Assembly (NCBI GenBank): GCA_026025795.1
Contig: JAPEUG010000051.1
Location: 1 to 64,000, forward strand
Direction of reading: 5' to 3'
Source of the DNA: Thelocarpon superellum
Taxonomy: Eukaryota
DNA: 64,000 nt
A program made the translations under genes and the position numbers. This document shows, in pieces, positions 62,431-64,000 of this stretch. Position 1 is the stretch's first letter. Each line of letters begins with the position of its first letter. The notes under the pieces are model-generated. The model made no database searches and had not been told where the DNA came from. It worked only from the letters and a program-made list of their open reading frames with translations.

Positions 62431-64000
62431 CTAGAGCCAACGAAAGCCTTGCTCCTCTTCGCCGACCGGATTCGCTCCCACAGGCAGCCGCTCATTGTGC
62501 GGACCCGGGTTGACTCCCAAAGGATACTGGCGGGCCGACCAATTATCTGGCGAGCTGTAGCTGGGTGGACTGGACAACGGGTCGCCATAGTCCCGCTTCG
62601 GAGCTTGCCCTGGCTCCGCGTGTTCCGACTCGGGAGCCCAGACGGGCAGGCCGTCTGGGGGCTGTGCTTCTCCGGAGGGCACACCACGCCCGTACTCTGC
62701 CAAGGTTCCATTGATGCCGGTGAGAGACCAGGCGAAGACAGCCACTTCACGGATGGACGTCATGAATTCCTCCATGGGCGGACCATTGGTGGCCTGGCCA
62801 GCGTAGACTGGGTGGGCGAGCACGGCAGAAGAGCTTGGGAAGAGGCTCCCTTGCAAGGCATGCATCTCATGGGCCGGAGGCATGATCGGCGGGGCCGCCC
62901 ATGGGGAGGCAAAGACGCCGTTGGTATACACTTGAGGTTGCGGTGAGGTCATGACTGTCGAGACGATCGGTCGCGCCCGGCGGAGCACCACCACCATGCC
63001 ATCCGAGGTGCATGAAACAACCGCCTCAACCTCGATGGCGTCATCGTCTATGCTGGGAGGTGTACGTCGTTGTCCTTCGTCCGACACGGACATGGACGAG
63101 CTTGATGAGGCCGCGCCCCGCATCTCGCCGAAGACGTTGATGTCGGATCCAGCGCCGAGGTCCGTCCCCGAGGACGACCGAGAGTCGAGACTGGATGACC
63201 CTGTCGGCTCAGCCCGCATAAAGACGTCGGCGTCTGGACGACCGTTGAGGTGCACCCCGCCGTCATCATCCTCGTCGCTGCTGGGTCCGTCCGTCATGGG
63301 GTGGTCTGCATGGCCACGACGTGGATCGCGGAACCAGAAGCGGAGATAGGCAATCGAATCGTTCGCTTTGGCTCCCTCAAGACATCGGATGGCGCTGGGA
63401 AGGCAATTCTCTTGGATACACTCGTAGAAGCTCTTGCCCTTGGCCTCTTCCGCCGTCACCCCCAGCACCGTCGAGAGCGCCGTGGTGGCGTACATGATGG
63501 CCAAGGTGCGCGTGAAGCGATTGAGGAAGAGCGCGGCCCGTGGCTCGTGTTTGCGGATATTGGGTGCCTCGATAAACTTGGTCGACAGGTGTGACAGCAT
63601 GTGGTACCGCGGGTCGCGCGGCGAGGACGAGAATAGCCGTCGAATGATCGGCGCTTCTACCGCGCGCTCTGTGGATCGATGTTAGGCGCATGGCACGCGA
63701 GAGACAAGGCGCTGCGGCGTGCTTACTCTGGCTCTTCATGCCTCGGCGATAGATGCTGGTGCTCGCCACCAAGACATCGTAGACCACGGTAAAGACACAT
63801 TCGCAGCCGACCCAGTGGCCGTACTTGCTGCGAATCCGGCAGTAGTTCAACACCGCCGCCTTATCCATCTGCACCCCGCGACCGTGCACCGAGCGCGCGA
63901 AGGGAATCTCATCGGGATGGAAGTAGTCGAAGCAGGACCGCCCGATGACTTCCTGCGGCCCGTATCCCAGGATATCGATGATCGAGTCCGATGTATAAAG
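62431..64000 (-). CDS. Conserved fungal double-PAS-domain protein (5' end outside window)
   Basis: LYTSDSIIDILGYGPQEVIGRSCFDYFHPDE..DKAAVLNYCRI (PAS 1). Intron from ~63726. EPRAALFLNRFTRTLAIMYAT..VLGV..GKSFYECI (PAS 2), EVEAVVSCTSDGMVVVLRRAR. Confidence 0.85.

Overview
Gene-dense, intron-rich, GC-rich DNA from a filamentous ascomycete (Pezizomycotina-type GT-AG introns with CTRAC/CTAAY branch sites). About 27 protein-coding genes can be read, mostly housekeeping: TIM21, GLO3 ArfGAP, an M3 oligopeptidase, CDC4/MLC1 myosin light chain, a TMT1-like methyltransferase, SurE phosphatase, an Ibp1/Ych1 rhodanese, enoyl-CoA hydratase, mannitol-1-P dehydrogenase, ADA2, YPK1/Gad8, PGI, a RanBD nucleoporin, YIP4, an RBR E3 ligase, an ECM11-like protein and a PAS protein. 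A gene-poor stretch at about 19.2-32 kb holds an Fcr1-like C6 factor, a decayed oleate hydratase pseudogene, an SREBP-type bHLH, a possible orphan gene and an HSP20. The standout observation is a tRNA-Pro(CGG) gene (57619-57804). It carries the normal anticodon-loop intron plus a second 50-nt insertion in the T-loop with spliceosomal hallmarks (GTAAAT...CTAAC/TTAAC...TAG). All calls come from reading and translating the sequence by eye. No database searches were run, and exon boundaries are best estimates.
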